Positions 62,701 to 64,000 of a stretch of 64,000 bases of DNA are shown piece by piece. Each line of letters begins with the position of its first letter. Position 1 is the stretch's first letter. Position numbers and translations under genes: made by a program. The stretch covers positions 3,292,833 to 3,356,832 of the forward strand of contig CAJINV010000005.1 of the NCBI GenBank assembly GCA_905178155.1, in the 5' to 3' direction. The DNA comes from Amoebophrya sp. A120 (taxonomy: Eukaryota > Protista > Dinoflagellata). The notes under the pieces were generated by a model that worked only from the letters and a program-made list of their open reading frames with translations, searched no databases and was not told the origin of the DNA.

Positions 62701-63149
62701 GCAGTAGTTGCAGCACTACCTCCTCTATCAAATGCAAAAATGTCTGGGTCTGGAAGATTGGAACTTGTGATGCTAACTTTGGACTCTAGAAAAATCTGTA
62801 TTGCATGACCAGCAAGAGGAGTCTAGTTCGTGCTACGCGGGGAGGGCGTTTGTCATGCGGAGTAGGCATCAGGAAGCCCTCTCAAAATCTGTGACGCACG
62901 GCCGTGCATTGCAGAAATACTGGCTCATGCAAAACATGCATGAGAAATCTCAGAATCTTCCAGACCCAGACACTTTTACACTTCATATCCTCCTCATCTT
63001 CCAGCGCTCGTAGTACAACCACGTCGGCGAAGAACAAGTCGAATTTTCTCCCGGAGGTTGCGAAGATCATCAAAACCAAGTTCCTCAACCGTGCGCCGGA
63101 AAACATGCAGTTTGCAACCCTGGCGCTGGGCGGCAAGGAGAAATCATAA
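59726..63149 (+). CDS. UCHL3: Ubiquitin C-terminal hydrolase, peptidase C12 (UCHL3/UCHL1-like)
   Basis: WPALESNPE, WQFHDVF, ALVLLYP, catalytic Cys in QGEDLGNACGTISIIHAVAN, His in HHFITF, Asp in YELDG, and C-terminal QFATLAL. Five introners plus GT-AG introns (60646-60888, 61692-61907, and one unresolved near 62050-62270). Confidence 0.85.
60264..60514. mobile_element. Introner, family A, opposite orientation to 10753 and 51197
   Basis: Exact DR GCAGT. Joins KQ-WQFHDVF of the UCH. Confidence 0.95.
60986..61291. mobile_element. Introner, family B
   Basis: Family B IRs with exact DR GCGAA. Joins HAVAN-CEQ. Confidence 0.95.
61375..61637. mobile_element. Introner, family A
   Basis: Exact DR ACGCC. 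Joins MTP-EERG, a typical UCH segment. Confidence 0.95.
62400..62626. mobile_element. Degenerate introner between the catalytic His and Asp codons
   Basis: TATGCATCACAAAA...TTTTGCGCAGCATA with flanks CTTCA/TCTCA. Joins HHFITF-IEKNNVIYELDG. Confidence 0.88.
62726..62987. mobile_element. Introner, family A
   Basis: Family A IRs with exact DR TCCTC. Confidence 0.93.
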
Positions 63150-64000
63150 GAATTAGAAAACAAAATTCCGAAGATAGAATAAGGAATAAAAGCTGTATAC
63201 TCAGTTATAATTCACGGTGCTTGCAGCTCACCATCTCGTCTCTGTCGCAGTTGCTGTGCCACTGCGCTACAATCTTTTCAAAGATGAAGATTGTTGGCGG
63301 GGGCCGCGCAGGTTTATTTTGGAAAAAAGGACGACCCACTCCAGAATCGACATCGAGTCGGAAAAATACATGAACAAACGAACAATCAGAATTACAATCA
63401 GTTTAAAAAGTACTCAATTATGCCTCCTAATCGTGAACGAACAAACAAAGGACGCATCATCAACCGCATAATGCAGATACTTGATTTAGATTTTGCTAAT
63501 TGGCTTGCTAGTACTCCATCTACATGTGTAAAAAATATGGTCGTGCTCCATTCGTGCAATTATACCTCAGGCCCGAAAATCAAAATTCAAAACGATGAGC
63601 GCACAATTATTGTTTTGGGTAATGAAAGCCAAACTGTAGCTGCTGGGCGTATGGTCTGTTTTAGCAAGATTGTAAGGACCTCCATTACGCCCGTTTTGTA
63701 GTCCCACTTTTCTTGTGCCCCCTCTTGTACCATGCTACAAAAAAGGTCTAGTCTACTTCTACGCACCCGAGTCCAAGAACTACACAAAACGAATGAGCAT
63801 TTCATGGAAGCAGGACTAAGTTTAGGTTTAGTTTGTTTTATGATCTCGCACTCGTTCCTAATAAATAGTGACAAATTCGTCCTGAAGTACTTACAATGAT
63901 TAGACGGGCGTCTGGGCCTCATTTCCTTCTTCTAATATTGATGTGCTAATCGTGGATAAATGTGTCACTCGTGTTTTTCTTGCACCAGAACGAGGTGAAA

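Noticed and set aside
4464-62987. Recurring peptides such as CKNVWVWK, KMSGSGR, LPDPDIF and FQTQTF at ORF ends, suggesting a repeated protein motif
   Set aside because: They are translations of family A introner inverted repeats.
1-64000. Autonomous transposase or reverse transcriptase, and dinoflagellate spliced-leader relics
   Set aside because: I saw no DDE, RT or tyrosine-recombinase motif and no CCGTAGCCATTTTGGCTCAAG match by eye. A profile search would be needed to exclude them.

Overview
This is eukaryotic nuclear DNA, not prokaryotic. About 11 intron-containing genes can be modelled, all on the + strand: a HEAT-repeat (MROH-like) protein, a roughly 2,300-aa D-box cyclin, a mitochondrial protein, a DDX27/Drs1 DEAD-box helicase, a C12 ubiquitin C-terminal hydrolase, two duplicated glycosyltransferase-like genes and several hypothetical genes. 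The dominant feature is 34 non-canonical inverted-repeat introns (introners). Each runs TAT...ATA (a few termini are degenerate), has terminal inverted repeats (IRs) and is followed by a second copy of the 5 bp preceding it (a direct repeat, DR). Removing the element plus 5 nt restores the reading frame in every complete case I checked by hand and rebuilds catalytic motifs, without needing GT-AG. Members of one family occur in both orientations, two are stacked back to back, and some carry nested insertions. This matches the inverted-repeat introners described in the parasitic dinoflagellate Amoebophrya; the taxon is inferred, not verified. The window also holds a 1.16-kb palindromic transposon, several small insertions with empty sites visible in paralogous sequence, and a roughly 5-kb tandem segmental duplication. 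All coordinates and gene models were derived by eye and need RNA-seq confirmation.
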